This document shows positions 24,400 through 37,826 of a stretch of 60,000 bases of DNA, one piece after another; the first letter of the stretch is position 1, and the number at the start of each line of letters is the position of its first letter. The notes beneath the pieces are model-generated. The model had not been told where the DNA came from. It was given only the letters and a program-made list of their open reading frames with translations, and made no database searches. Origin of the DNA: Mobula hypostoma. Its lineage: Eukaryota. The DNA lies in contig NC_086118.1 of NCBI RefSeq assembly GCF_963921235.1, positions 14,820,001 to 14,880,000 on the forward strand. The letters are read 5' to 3'. The translations under genes were made by a program, and so were the position numbers.

Positions 24400-25800
24400 T
24401 AAAAGAAAGCAAGAGAGGTACCTGACTAATACTGGCAGATAAAATCAAGGAAAATTTGATATTTTGATAAATATATTAAGTGAAAGGGCAATAAAGAAAG
24501 CATAATCCTTTTTGAGTCTAGAACAGTAACTTGAGGGAAAAATATATGTAGCTCTGCATGAATACTTTGCATCTGTCCTCTCAGAAAAGGGGGTGATACA
24601 AAGACAGAATAAGAAGCACTGGAAATGATAAACAAAGAGAAAGAATGTATTACACAGTTCAGCATCTTTCAATGTGGATAAATGATCAGATTCTTAAAAG
24701 TTAAGTCCTGACCGATATATTTCAATTTTCTTCAGGTACAGGTTTGGTAGCAGAGAACTGACTTGATGTATTTGTTTAAACAATAAGAAAGAAAAAAACT
24801 ACACACCCATCAGCCATGTATCAGTGGCAAACAGCTTGAAAAGTCCTAAAGGATAGCAGAGATCAGAGAAATCAGTAGATAGAGGTACAAGTTAATCAAT
24901 AGCAATCAGCATGTTGAAAGGATTTGTTGAAGGAAGGTTAATTGAATAGTATGGAATCCTTAAATAGAAGAATCGTTGAGGATATTGCAAGCAATGTAGT
25001 CCAAGCATAATTAAGCAGGATAGCAGACTGATCATGAAAAGAAAGATTCCTCAATGTCTGGAAAGTGGCAAAAGAGACTTAAAATTCAATCAGCAACAGA
25101 AAGCAAAGGGTGATACTGAATAGGATATTTAAATGTTGGAATAGTTGTGAGATCGACACTTGGGGAGGAAGCAAGGCACCTTGTAGAATGGTAGGTACCT
25201 AAATACAGACTTGTTTATACAAAGTGTGCTGACATTACAACTAAGCAAAAGGAAGAAAGCTGCAGCCTCTGGGAATATATCAATGGACTGGCTATAACAC
25301 ATTTGCAGAGGGATCAAAATAAGAGAAAATACTGTATAATAAAAGGTGGAATACTAAAAACTGAAGGAAAGAACGATGGAATACAGTTGCACAGATCCCT
25401 GAAAATGTCAGATAAAATTGAAAGGGTGGCAAATAAAGCAAACAGAATACTTTAAATCGGTAGAGGAGAAGGAATGAAAAAGCAGAGAGATCATGGTGGG
25501 ATTCACAACACACCAGTACGGCCTCAGTTGAAGCATATTTCTAGTTCCCACACTACACGAAGGATGTGTGAGTACTACATGTAGATCAGCACCAAGGAAG
25601 AATTATTGTTAGAGGAAGAGGTTAACAGGGCTGCTGTGGCTTTCTCTAGAACACACTAGACATAGGCAGATTTAATTGAGGTGTACAATGTTACGACAGA
25701 CCTGGTTCAGGTGAATGGCAATGCCCTTCTTTCCTAGAAAGTAGTTGGAGAAATGATAAGGATTTTTTTTCCTCTGTCCATAAATTAGTCTTGGCCTAGA
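24400..25800 (+). mobile_element. Old, highly decayed CR1 ORF2 remnant
   Basis: Scattered CR1-like nucleotide motifs (aatgaatactttgcatctgtc, cggcctcagttgaag, gatttaattgaggtgtac). Confidence 0.6.
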
Positions 25801-26328
25801 AGTTTGCCTGCTAGAGAAAGGAGTACTCTTGGCTCAAACACAGACCCAAAACTAAATGCGTAAATAATTAGTTCACTAATAACCAGAGTTACAGTAAATG
25901 ACTTCTCAAATAGTGAATTACTTCCAGTCATCAAGCTCTATTATACCTTCATTACTGACTATTAGTAAGTAACTATCCTTTTGATTTGGATGGATGAACA
26001 TACATGATGTCATATTTTCTTTTATTGTTACACTGTCATTTTCCTATTTGGCCCACTGCCTCAATATCTAGTTATCCATAAAGTAATGCTGGTTAATTAC
26101 TGTTGAATGGACGGTGTTCTATCTGATGTCAATACGTACTGGGGCATTCAATGTAACCTGGCTTTTCTCTGCTTGACCCGAAATGAAAAACCATTTAGTT
26201 AAGATAGTGACTTGAGGTGTATTTAGTGATTCAGGTATGCAGCTGAACCTCTCAGCTCCCACTTTGACACTCCATTTGCCCTTGCAGAAAAATTACTATA
26301 GAAAGCACTATAGAAGAAAATAACTGGG

Positions 26329-26585
26329 ATGGCAGGGTAGTATAGTGGTTAGCACAACACTTTACAGTACCAGCGACCTGGGTTCAATTCCCGCTGCTGC
26401 CTGTCAGGAGTTTGTACGTTCTCCCCAAGGGTTTCCTCCGGGTGCTCCAGTTTCTTTCCACAGTCCAACGTAGTACCAGTTGGTAGGTTAACTGATCATT
26501 GTAAGTTGTTCCATGATTAGGCTAGGATTAAATCGAGGGGTTGTTGGATGACGTGTCTCGAAGGGTCTATTTCGCACTGTATTTC
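26329..26585 (+). mobile_element. tRNA-derived V-domain (HE1-like) SINE
   Basis: tagtggttagcac A box, gggttcaattccc B box, gggtttcctccgggtgctcc V-domain, CR1-like tail. Confidence 0.85.
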
Positions 26586-26587
26586 GC

Positions 26588-27920
26588 ATTGCTAAAGGGA
26601 CTGAATTTAATGGCAAGGAGGTTATGCTGCAACTGTATAGGATACTAGTAAGGCCACACCTGGGGTACTGCGTGAAGTTCTGGTCTCCTTACTTGAGGAA
26701 GGATGTACTGGCTTTGGAGGTGGTGCAGGAGATTCACCAGGTTGATTCTAGAGATGAGGGGGTTAGGCTACGAGCAAAGATTGAGCCGCCTGCGACTGTA
26801 CTCACTAGAATTCAGAAGGATAAGAGGAGACCTTATAGAAACGTATAAAATTATGAAAGGGATAGATAAGATATGTAAGGGGTTTCTTCTTTTATGTTAC
26901 TGCTAAGGTAAAAATAAAATGGCTTCTCTGTGATGTTAACTGCTGAGACAGTGGTTCTCCCTCTAGCAGCTTGTTTGGGTTATATTACTGATAAGAGAAT
27001 TGTATTCATTTGCTAACCAATTGGGATAGATGTTCTTCTTTCTTTTGTGTCTGTAAGCTATTGTTTTCGTGGGCTTTGAAGCAGAAGGCGCGATGGGGAC
27101 AGAGAGAGGGGACGCGATGCTGTAAGCTGGGCGACGGAACGTACCCCAAGCGGGAGTCCGAGGCCCAGGGTTTTGGGGAGGAGAACCGAAGAGGAAGGAC
27201 GTGCTGGACACACACTGGTTGGCCACCATGGTTTGTCCCAGGTGGCGGGCCGAGGGGGTTGGAGGAGATCGCATGGTGGAAAGAAGACCCCGTTCATTGA
27301 CCTCCAACGGTTGTGCACGAAATGGTTGAACTTTGATAAGTTTGGTGCCTTTTACTTTCCTTTTATACTTTATCTCTATTAATTACATAGTTCCAGTAAG
27401 ATCTATAAAGTGTAATCATTTAATCGCATATGGTGTACTGTCTGTTATTTGACGTGGTGGGGTACATCACACAGCATCCACACAAACTCGATTACCTAGT
27501 TTGGCGGGGCCGAAGGCTGCTCCCCCTAGACAAAAGCGAGCTGAGCGAGCCTGAGGCTTACCGGGGGGCTACAGAGAGAGGCAGGAAAGTTGTTTCCAGT
27601 GGTAGGTGAGACTAGAACTAGGGGATATAGACTCAACATTCAGGGGAGTAAATTTAGGACGGAGATGAGGAGGAACTGCTTTGCCCAGAGATTGGTGAAT
27701 CTGTGGAATTCTCTGCCCAATGAAGTAGTGGAGCCTACCTCAGTAAATATATTTAAGACAAAGTTGGAGAGAGTTTTGCATAGTAGGGGAATTAAGGGTT
27801 ATGGGGAAAAGGCAGGCAGGTAGAGATGAATCCATGGTCAGCTCAGCCATGACCTTATTGAATGGTGGAGCAGGCTCAACGGGCCAGATGGCCGACTCCT
27901 GCTCCTATTTCTTATGTTCA
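26588..27920 (+). mobile_element. CR1 3' fragment split by a solo LTR
   Basis: LYRILVRPHLGYCVKFW and FPVVGETRTRG...LWNSLP; CR1 tail. Confidence 0.9.
26874..27573. mobile_element. Solo LTR (700 bp, CpG-rich) nested in a CR1
   Basis: TGTAAG...CTACA termini. Interrupts the CR1 sequence gataagata|gaggcagg with a 4-bp TSD gata/gaga (one mismatch). Confidence 0.85.
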
Positions 27921-29739
27921 TATGGATCTCAATTAATTAATTAACTTGCTGTGTTCAACAAACTTCAAAATGAAAACCTTTAATCTTCCACAGATTTCAA
28001 GTTGACATCATAGACAATAGAATTGTACAGTGGAATAATGACCCTTTTGGCCCATTTTGCCCATGCTGGCCATAACGTCCATATCCTCTAACCCCATACG
28101 CACACATCAGGCTTAACCCATTTGTGCCCTTCCTGTCCAAGTATCTGTTGAAGTGCCTTTTAACATATAAAGGAGTTCAGCACAGAAACAGTCCCTTTGG
28201 CCCACGATATTTGTGCTGAACAGAAAAAACATAAATGTTGTAATTAGATCAGCCTCCACCATCTCTTCTGACAGCTTATTCCAGGTATTCACCACCCTCT
28301 GTATGAAAAGCTTATATCTTAGCTATCCTTTCTTAAAATATTCTGATCCACATACAGCCATGAAATCCCAATGCAGAATGTCAAAATCACGATGTAGAAT
28401 GCAATGACTGAGTATTCAACAATAGATTTAGATCATCCCCGTGGATTAATGCAGTCTGCATGATTCTGGTATTGTGCTGTGTGAAAGTGCAGGAAGAAAA
28501 TTCTGCACCAGTAGATTGTCTAAAAGGATTAATGATACATTTTGATATCATAAAAATATATGGTTCCTTCTTGGTTTTGAGCCACGACTAATGGCCACCT
28601 AAAAGGGTTGATATGTCTTGTTCAGCTCAATACCAGATGTTGTAGTGCACTTACACAAAGAATCATTAGGCACTGTAACTACATATTCATGCCACACAAG
28701 CATAATGTCTTGGAATAATTAGTGGGAAGGTGAGACAGCTCAAGACATAACCTCATTCTTGACTGACTGACTAGTTGACCCTTCACTGGCAAAACATCAA
28801 CCCGACTCGGCCACTGGTGTTAATGGTTCAAAAACAATCAGGTGCCACATTTTTCTTCTGAAACTGATGTACATAACTTACCGTTTTAGATTATTTGTTT
28901 ATGCAGGATTTTTTTCTTGCAATTATGCACTTTTAATATCTGATTCTCACCCTGCTATGGACAGGAACTGTGCTTCATCACACAACTCTAACTGTTCATT
29001 ATCCATGTCGGCACTATCACAGTACTGCTTCACACTCATAAAGGCAATTCAACAGCCATGCACAGAATGCATGTGGAATTGGTATTACCTTATAAGAACA
29101 CATGTTTGATTTACTGTTAGTATTAGTCAATGGCTACCAATGCAGGCTCACTGACAGTGAGAATTAAACAGCTTCGAAACTCGACAGAAGTGATACACAT
29201 ACAGGGAATTTCTATGTTATCCTCCATCACAAATTTCAAAAGAAGTTATGAGGCTTAAGAGGAGGTTCCATCATTGAAAACATACTCTGGTCACACACAC
29301 CGCTCAGACTATAATCTAACACTCAGGGAGGCTCATAACTGTGGCAGATGCTACTTCATCTCATGGAAGCACTTGCTACAAATAGGCAACAGACTGTATA
29401 TCCAGTATGTTCTCCACGAATGTTATGCTTGCTAAATGGAAGCCAGGTTGATCTCCTCTAATTCTGAACTACTAAGTGTCTACTTCAATAAGTTCAACAA
29501 ATGGGAGATATTCCTTGCTGTAAATAGGCTGGCTTTTGAAATATGGAACACCTTTGTGGAGAAGTTGGAGAGTTGCAACCGTACCCATAACAAGGCCTTA
29601 TAGTAAAGGACAAGAAAAAAGTGAAGTATGGAACCCACCAGGACCCAGAGTGGATCTGAAGGGCTATGAGTTGATCTTATTCCTATTTTCATGTATATTT
29701 TTAGACTCATTCCTAAAGTTCAGACTGCTGTGAAGTTAT

Positions 29740-31770
29740 GTTTTTCGGTGGCCCAATCGAATCAGGAGAGGGAGAAAGAAGGCAAATCACAGGTCCGTGA
29801 GTGAGGTTTAAAAAAGAAGAGCGTTCAGCATTTTCTGGCTGCCCAATCAAATAGCGATTCATTAGCAAGGGCAAATAAAAGTAAGGTAGGGACAAGTGGA
29901 GCGGCCATTTTGTGAGTGGACCTGTGTTAGAGTATGGAGGCTTACACTCATCAAGCTTCAGTGAGAACAGGCTTGGTGAGGTACATATCTGGTAAGTTGT
30001 TTCTTTTTCATTTTTTGGCTGTTAGTATGTAGGTAGAGCAGTAAGGATGGCTCCAGGGGCTGTGTTGTGTTCTTTGTGTGAGATGTGGGAATTCTGGGAG
30101 GCCCCCAGCCTCCTGGATAACCATATCTGCACCAGGTGCACTAAGCTGCGGCTCCTCAGAGAACGTATTAAAGAACTAGAGCTGCAGCTCGATGATCTTC
30201 GGCTCATATGAGAAACTGAGGAGATGATGCATAGGAACTACAAAGAGGTAATCACTCCTAAATTGCAGGAGGCAAGTACCTGGGCGACTGTAAGGAGAGG
30301 GAAAGGAAATGGGCACCCAGTGCAGAGTACACCCGCGGCTATTTTCCTCAAAAATAAGTATACTACTTTGGATATTGTTGGGGAAGGGGGCAGTGACCAA
30401 GTCTCTGGCACTGAGGCTCAGAAGGGAAGGGGGGAGAAGAGGACCAAAATAGTGATAGGGGATTCTATAGTTACAGGAGTAGACATGAGATTCTGCGGAC
30501 AATATAGAAATACCCGGATGGTACGTTGCCTCCCAGTCAGGGATGCCTTGGATCGTGTCCACAGCATTCTAAAGGGGGAAGGGGAGCAGCAGAAGTCTTG
30601 GTACATATTGGCACCAATGACATAGGTAGGAAAAGGGGAGAAGGTCCCAAAGAGTGAATTTAGAGAGCTAGGTAGAAAGCTGAAAAGCAGTACCTCCAGT
30701 GTAGTAATAGTTAGGTAGATTACTATCTGGCTGAGGAACTGGTGCAGGGGGCAGGGGTCTAGATTTCTGAACCATTGGGAAGGGATGGCCTGTACAATAG
30801 TGTGCGTTACACCTGAACCTGAGGGGGACCAATATCCTTGTGAGCGGGTTTGCTGGAACTGTTGGGGAGAGTTTAAACTAATTTGGCAAGGGGTTAGGAA
30901 ACTGAGTGATTAGGTTGGTATACAAGCAGGGGCAGTGTGTAGTGAGCCTGTTAGGAAGGACAGGCGGATGATAGGCCATAATTGCAGTCAGTGGGATGTT
31001 GAAGTGTAATATGCAGGCAAAATTGAAAGGGTGATGAATACAGGACTAACAGTGCCGTATTTGAATGCACGCAGTATACAAAATAAATTAGATGATCTTG
31101 TAGCACAGTTAGAGACTGTCAAGTATGACACTGTGGGCATTACTGAGTTGTGGCTGAAAGAAGATTATAGTTGAGAGTTTAGCATCCAAGGATACACATT
31201 GTATCAAAAGGACAGGCAGGTAGGCAAAGGGGCGGCATTGCTCTGTTGGTAAAACAAAAATGAAATCAGATCATTAGATTTTTTGCACTACCTTACTTCC
31301 CATTTTTCTATTTTCTATTTATGATTTATAATTTAATTTTTTAATATTTACTAATCTTAACTATTTTAAATATTTAATATTTGTAATCCAGGGAGTGTGA
31401 AGCGCAGCATCAAATATCGCTGTGATGATTGTACGTTCTTGTACCAATTGTTTGGTGACAATAAAGTATAAAATATAAAGAAAGAGGTGACATAGGATCA
31501 GAAGATGTAGAATCATTGTGGATAGAGCTAAGGAACTGTAAGAGTAAAAAGACAATGATGGGAGTAATATACAGGCCTCCAAGCAGTAGTGAGGATGTGC
31601 ATTACAAATTACAATGGGAGATAGATAATGCCTGCCAAAAGGGCAATGCTACAATCATGGGGGGATTTCAATATACAGGTTGTTTGGGAAAATCAGGTTG
31701 ATGCTGATTTCGGATCCCAAGAGAAAATTTGTAGAATGTCTATGCAACGGCTATTTAGAGCAGCTTGTGG
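29740..31770 (+). mobile_element. CR1 5' part: 5' UTR, ORF1 (zinc finger and SGNH esterase-like), start of ORF2 endonuclease; interrupted by a Rex-like 3' tail at ~31278-31476
   Basis: CSLCEMWEF...CTRC, IVIGDSIV, YLNARSIQNK, WIELRNCK...GVIYRPP. Confidence 0.85.
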
Positions 31771-32059
31771 CTATGTCTTATAGTCCTTCAAACAACATTG
31801 ATTGATAACCATTTGCAAGTATTCAGTCAGTTCTCATTCCTTACAATTCTCTAAGCATTTCTTGTTCCTACTATATGTTGTGAAACTCTTGCTACAGAAA
31901 TCTTAAAAGTTTCATAGGGACATATACAGAGACAGGAGTTCCTCAACTGGCATCTCAAGTCTTCTCTAAGATTTTGTTAAGATTGTAGATGATCTGATCT
32001 CAGTCTCAGCAACACTTTCTCACCTTCTGTCCATAACCCTCGACTCCTTAAAAAGTTCA

Positions 32060-32590
32060 GAGAAATATATTATCAAAGTATGTATCTGTCACTAGATACT
32101 ACTTTGAGGTTCATTTTCTTGCAGGCACTTACAGTAGAACAAAGAAATACAATAGAATCAATGAAACGCTGCACACAATCAAAGACAGCCAAACAACCAA
32201 GAAAAGAAACTGTGCAAATACAAACGAATAAATAACTATTGAGAACATGAGCTGTAGAGTTCTTGAAAATGAGTCCAAAGGTTGTGGAATCAGGTCAACA
32301 TTGAGGTTAATCATGTAGATTCAGGAGCCTGATGCTTGAAGGTAATACCTGTTCCTCAATCAGTATGTGAACCTAAGGCTCTTATACCTCCTTTCCAGTG
32401 GTGACAGCAGCAAGAAGCATGGCCTGGATGGTGCAGGTCCTCGACGATGGATAGTGCTTTCTTGTGGCAGTGCTGCTTGTGGATGTGTTCAGTGGCAGGA
32501 TGGGCTTTGCCTGGGATGGACTGGGCCATCCTGCAGCCTTTTCAATTCTTGAGCATTGGTGTTTCCACGCCGTCCTGTTATACAACCAAT
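32060..32590 (-). mobile_element. Rex-like LINE 3' end
   Basis: Reverse complement resembles 37250-37800. Confidence 0.7.
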
Positions 32591-33919
32591 CAGGATACTC
32601 CTGACTTAAATATCTGCCAGTCTCCACCTGACTATAGTCATTTACTCCATCTCCCTAGTGTACAGGGTAGAGAATTACAGGAAGTCAAGTCTTCTTCCAT
32701 TTTAAATGTGCAACCTCTTGTTCTGGATATTAGGAGGAAGATCTTCTCAGCATTTACCCTGTCAATGCCCCTCAAAACCTTATATGTTTCTACATGATCA
32801 TCTTTCATTCATTCATCCAGTGAGCATAAGCCCAACCAGCTTAATCCTTCCATGTTATGCCAACTCAAGAGTGAACCTAGTTAAACTCTGCATTGCCTCT
32901 GAAGCAAGTTTGTCCATGAAACGTTTATTCCCATTCCTAGATGCTGCCTGACCTGTTGAGCTCCTCAGTACATTCTGTGTATTGCTCTAGGTTTCCAGCA
33001 TCTTCAGTACCTCTTGTGACTACAGCAAAAATATATATATTCTATATCCCCTGAAATAAAGACTAACATTCCATTAGCCCTTCTAATTACTTTTTACTAA
33101 TTATCAGCATGTAACCTTTCTGTATTTCATGAAGTGGAACCCAGATCCTTTGTCTTGCAACACTTTGTTGCCTTGCTCTATTGCCCGCTCCCCTTTACCA
33201 TTCCCCCACCCCGTTGACTGTTTACTCTTTTCCATAGATGCTGGCCTGCTGAGTTCCTGCAGCATTTTGTGTGTGTTGTTTGGATTTCCAGCATCTGCAG
33301 ATTCTCTCCTATTTAAATAATAGCTTGGTTTCATGCTTCCTTCCAAAATGGATAACCTCATATTTTCACATGATACTCCATTTGCCAGTTTCCTACCCAC
33401 ACAACCTGTTAACTCTTAGCATACTATGTGACATTCTCACAATTTACAAACCCATTTATCTCCAGTCCCTTCATCCAAATAATTAATGTGGATAATAAAT
33501 AGTTAAGGCCCCAGCACCATCTCTGCAGTATCTCCCTGGCTACTGACTGCAAACCAAAGCTGACCCATTCATCCTAACTCCGTATCATAAATTTAAAGAA
33601 CTACAAACTATCTTTTTAAAGTGCTTTCAAAACTAGATCTCAGGTCATGAAGGAATAATCCAGAAACTCATTTTATTTACGTAATCTGTGTTACTTGCCA
33701 AAGAAAAGATTTGGCAAGCGGAGTTTCAGGTAAATCATGCTGCACAAAATAATACACTCTTGACTGGAATCTGGAACTCATACTTTCAGGGGCACTTGTA
33801 TTTCCATTAACTTTAAGTGTAATGAATGAAGGCTGACCTTTGTCATCAGCTGTTTATGACGGACATCTCTTAACAAGAGACTGCAGATACAGAATACAGG
33901 AGCAATAGACTGCTGGATG

Positions 33920-34450
33920 GGTGTGGAGGAGGATGGACGGGCTAGTGTCATGTTTCATCCCCAGCAGCTGCGTAACAGAGGACTCTCTGCTCTACGGGCT
34001 GTTCCCGGGGACACACACGGAGACCAACATCTGCTGCTGCTGGCAGATCATCAACTCGGTGAAAGACGCTCTTTGGTCGGCCCAAAACTTGATGATCTAC
34101 CAGCACATGGAGATGTCTGTGGGAGAATGCTGCCGACTGGCACATTCTCGGCTGCAGGAGTACGTGCTGAGGGACGCACTGAAACTCGGTGCAGCCACCG
34201 CAAGGGCCCGGTGGGGAAGGACCACGGTATAGGTTTCTCCACCCACGGGAGTGGGAGGGGTCGGATGGCGGGTAGTATACCCCTCAACAATGATGTGGTA
34301 AGGTGAACAACTGGAGTGCCACGTGGGTTACCATAAATATGGATATGTACAGACTATAATGGAAATGTATGTAAAGGATGGGAAGTTATTGAATGATTTA
34401 TTGTATATATTTATTTTTGAATAAAGTATATTTTGAAATTTAAAAAAAAA
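33920..34450 (+). mobile_element. 5'-truncated Tx1/L1-clade LINE 3' end with poly(A)
   Basis: Open C-terminal ORF2 peptide (LLYGLFPG...VKDALWS...LQEYVLRD), AATAAA at 34420, A-tail and 16-bp TSD aatagactgctggatg (33904-33919, 34449-34464). Confidence 0.85.
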
Positions 34451-35597
34451 TAGACTGCTGGATGAAGTAAACAGGTCAAGAAGTATCTGTGGAGTCAAAG
34501 GAATCATCAGTGCTTTAGATCGAGACTCTGCATCAGTGCTTGATGCAAGGCCTTGACCCAAAACAATGACCATCACTTTGGCACCACAGATGCTCTCTGA
34601 CCCATTGAGATCCTCCAGCAGTTTCCTTTTGCATTGAATTGGAGAAGTGGGTCTTTTGTTGTCTGTTTCACATTCCACAATGATCCCTTCTTTTAAGAAA
34701 CTCCTGTGAAGTCCACCATTTTTTGAACAATATAAAAGACAGCAAATATCTTGCCACTTAGATACTGCAAAAGTTGAATGGACTTTTATTTTTCTTCTGG
34801 TCTCTCTCTGTCAATTCAGGAGAGAAAGTGTCTGAAGGTGTCCTTTAATAAACATAAAACAAACTTAAGGAACTCAAGCAGACAAAGCAGCATCTGTGGA
34901 AGGAGAAGCCATTTGATGTTAACTGGTTTATTTTTCTGTAGATACTGCTTGAATGGCTGGGTTATTCAAGCATTTGCCATTTTTGACTGAGATTATAGCA
35001 TCTGCAGTTTTATTTATTTTCCAAAGAATTCCTCTATTTTAAGTCTAATAACTGGATGAATTTTCTAAGGAGGAATCATCAGAAGCTACATTTCAGCATT
35101 GGTAAGTTTTACATTAGGTTGACTGTGTTACTTGAAAACTGTTCCTTAAAAATCATTACCTTGGCAAATTACTGCTCAGCAAAAGCCTAATTCAAACTGC
35201 ACAGCCCTTAGCACTGAAAGATCCATAAGTTGTATTGAGCCTCTGAGTATTTATTGCTATTTTAATCTTGGAATCCAGTGAAATAAACAATGGACTCAGA
35301 TATAAACTTTGTTCTTGGGAAGAATAAGGTAAACATGAGGTCGCAAAATGTGCTTCACTTTTTCACTTATTAAAAATTAAGTGAAACAAATAATTGGTCT
35401 TATATTTTAAGTCAAAGATGGGGCAGGAAAAATGATGATGGAGGATTCTAAATATCGTATGGTTTACACAACAAAATTCCATATAATTCATTCTAAAATA
35501 AAGTGGATAGTAACTCTGTGTTCACGAGTATTTGTATCTCTCCTGGCAGTTTCCATCAGCTCACCACATGTGAACTTACTTCTATAGACAGTCATCC

Positions 35598-35868
35598 AGG
35601 GTGGCACAGCTATGTAGTGGTTAGCACAAAAACCTTACAGTTTCAGTGACCCAGGTTCAATTCGTGCAGTTGCTTGTATGCTTTCCCCATGTTCTCTCGC
35701 CGGGTGCTCCGGTTTCCTCCCACAGTCCAAAGGCCTATCGATTAATTGGTCATTGTAAATTGTCCCGTGATTAGGCTAGGATTAAATTGGGGGCGACTGG
35801 GCGGCATGGCTCAAAGGGCCGGAAGGGCATACTCCATGCTGTATGTCAATGAATCAAGATCAATAAAT
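35598..35868 (+). mobile_element. V-domain SINE of the same family; further minus-strand copies at ~3470-3660, 10150-10400 and 44420-44700
   Basis: Aligns by eye with 26329-26585. Confidence 0.82.
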
Positions 35869-36134
35869 CTGTGACTTCCTAAATTCAGATAAATGTCCTG
35901 TGCAATTAGCTAGGATTCAGAGAACCTTTTGTCATTTTCATATTACCTCAGTACAAATAAAGCAGATTATTCACAGCAAAGGTGCTCAATTCAGCGCAGG
36001 CAGAATTAAACCTTCATCTTCTGTATGTGGCATTCATACGGAGCTTAGGGATGGATACATTATACATAGATGGTGCATTGTTCATGCAATGTACTAGTCC
36101 CGTGTAGCTTCACACAAAGTCAACTACCAGAGTT

Positions 36135-37190
36135 AAATATAGCTTACCATCCCAGTGCAATCCCTTGTTGAAGAGGTCAAGGTAGCCAAGGTAAGATCAT
36201 TCTTGATGCTTCGAGACTCAAAAGACCCTGTCATCAAGAACACCCAGCCAGATGTGATATCAGGCAGGAAGTAGTTAGCCCCTGTAGCAGTTGATGAGGC
36301 AGAGTCTAATTGAAACACAAAGAGATGATTGGGGCTACCCAGCTAGGCCGCCAGGGACTTGGATGGGAAACCCACAAGTGGTGGTCATCTTCTACAAGCA
36401 AGGAGCACTGTGAGATTTTAACGCAAGAACTACGAGAGGTAAAAGAGGTTAGCTAAAACAGCTGGCCTGGCCAAACAAGGGGCTTGGACCTGGTGGGAAA
36501 GTGTTGAACAACGACATCTATCTTGGAATGTTCCGTGGCAGATGGAACCGCTCCGCATTTCTTTTCTATGCAGAGTAGCGTACGGCCTGCTCCCAACACC
36601 TGCCAACTTCAGCACCTGGTATGAAGATAAGACAGACAGGTGTGCTGCTTGTGGCGAGAAGGGAACAGTTCAACATAGTTTGAGTGAATGCAGAGCCCAT
36701 CTTTCCAGCGGCATGCACACTTGGAGACATAACAACGTTTTCAAAGTTGTAACAGGAGCGGCTGAGCAGAGAGTACTGCAGCACAACTTACCTCATGCCC
36801 CATGCTGCACAGAACATCGCATATCATTTGTGAAAGAAGGCTCCAAGTCAAGGGTGTACAGCACAGGCTCACGATCAAGCATACTTTCTTCAGCCAATGA
36901 TTGGTGTGTCAAGGCCGACCTGGATGGGAAAGGCAGTTTCCCGGAGCAAGTAGCTTTCACCACATTGCGTCCAGATATAATCGCATGGTCTGACACCAGC
37001 AGAGAAGTGATTATTGGTGAACTCACAGTTCCCTGGGAAGACAACATAGATGAAGCCCATGAGCGCAAGTTAACCAAGTATGCAGAATTAAGATCAGAGG
37101 GTGGAAGGTCTCATGCTATCCATTTGAAGAAGGCTGCCGTGGGTTTATTGCGTCCACTTTCCAGAGGAGTTTGCAGAGATTTGGCTTGAT
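36135..37190 (+). mobile_element. Fragment of a second, divergent HERO-like element (C-terminal region, CCHC knuckle, RLE)
   Basis: ORF 36542-37189: MEPLRISFL...CAACGEKGTVQHSLSEC...WRHN...LRPDII...ELTVPWEDNIDEAHERKLTKY. Truncated by a Rex-like piece at ~37190. Confidence 0.88.
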
Positions 37191-37826
37191 ATCTAAAATT
37201 TTGACAAACTTCTACAGATCTGTTGTGAAGATGTATTGACTAATTGCATCATAGCCTGGTATGGAAACACCAATGCCCTTGAATGGAAAATCCTATATTA
37301 AAAAAATGATGGATTCGGCCCAGTCCATCACGGGTAAAGCCCTCCCTACCACTGAGCATATCTACATGAAATGCTGTCAGAGGAAAGCAGCATCCATCAT
37401 CAGAGACCCCTACCACCCAGGGTATGTTCTCGTCTCTCTCTGCTGCCAACAAGGTAGTGGTACAGGAGCCTCAGGATTCACACCACCAGGTGAGGAACAG
37501 TGACTACCCTTCAACCATCAGGCTCTTGAACCAAAGGGGACAACTTCACTGAACTACACTTGCCCCACCATTGAAATGGACTCACTTTCAAGGACTTTTT
37601 GTCTCATATTCTCAATATTTAATGCTTATTTATTTTGTTATTCTTAGTTCTTTCTTTTTGTATTTGCATAGCTCGTTGTCTTCTGCACTCTCGTTGGGCG
37701 GTCTTTTATTGATTCTGTTATGGTTATTATTCAATAGATTTATTGAGTACGCCTGCAAGAAAATAAATCTCAAAACTGTATATGATGATATATGTACTTG
37801 GATAATAAATTTACTTTGAAATTTGA
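37190..37826 (+). mobile_element. Rex/Babar-like LINE 3' end
   Basis: DSAQSITGKALPTTEHIY...KAASIIRDP, with AATAAA and (ctttgaa) tail. Confidence 0.82.

Noticed and set aside
28951..29006. Minus-strand ATG (good Kozak context) giving MDNEQLELCDEAQFLSIA(G), followed by donor GTgaga, as a possible alternative GAS7 first exon
   Set aside because: It ends in phase 2, which is incompatible with the phase-0 downstream exon, and resemblance to known isoform N-termini is only faint.
35160..35213. 54-bp AG/GT-flanked segment, the size expected for the GAS7 exon upstream of INCITF
   Set aside because: Stops occur in all three frames and there is no similarity to NLGSSSPSKKQSKENTIT. That exon was not found in this window.
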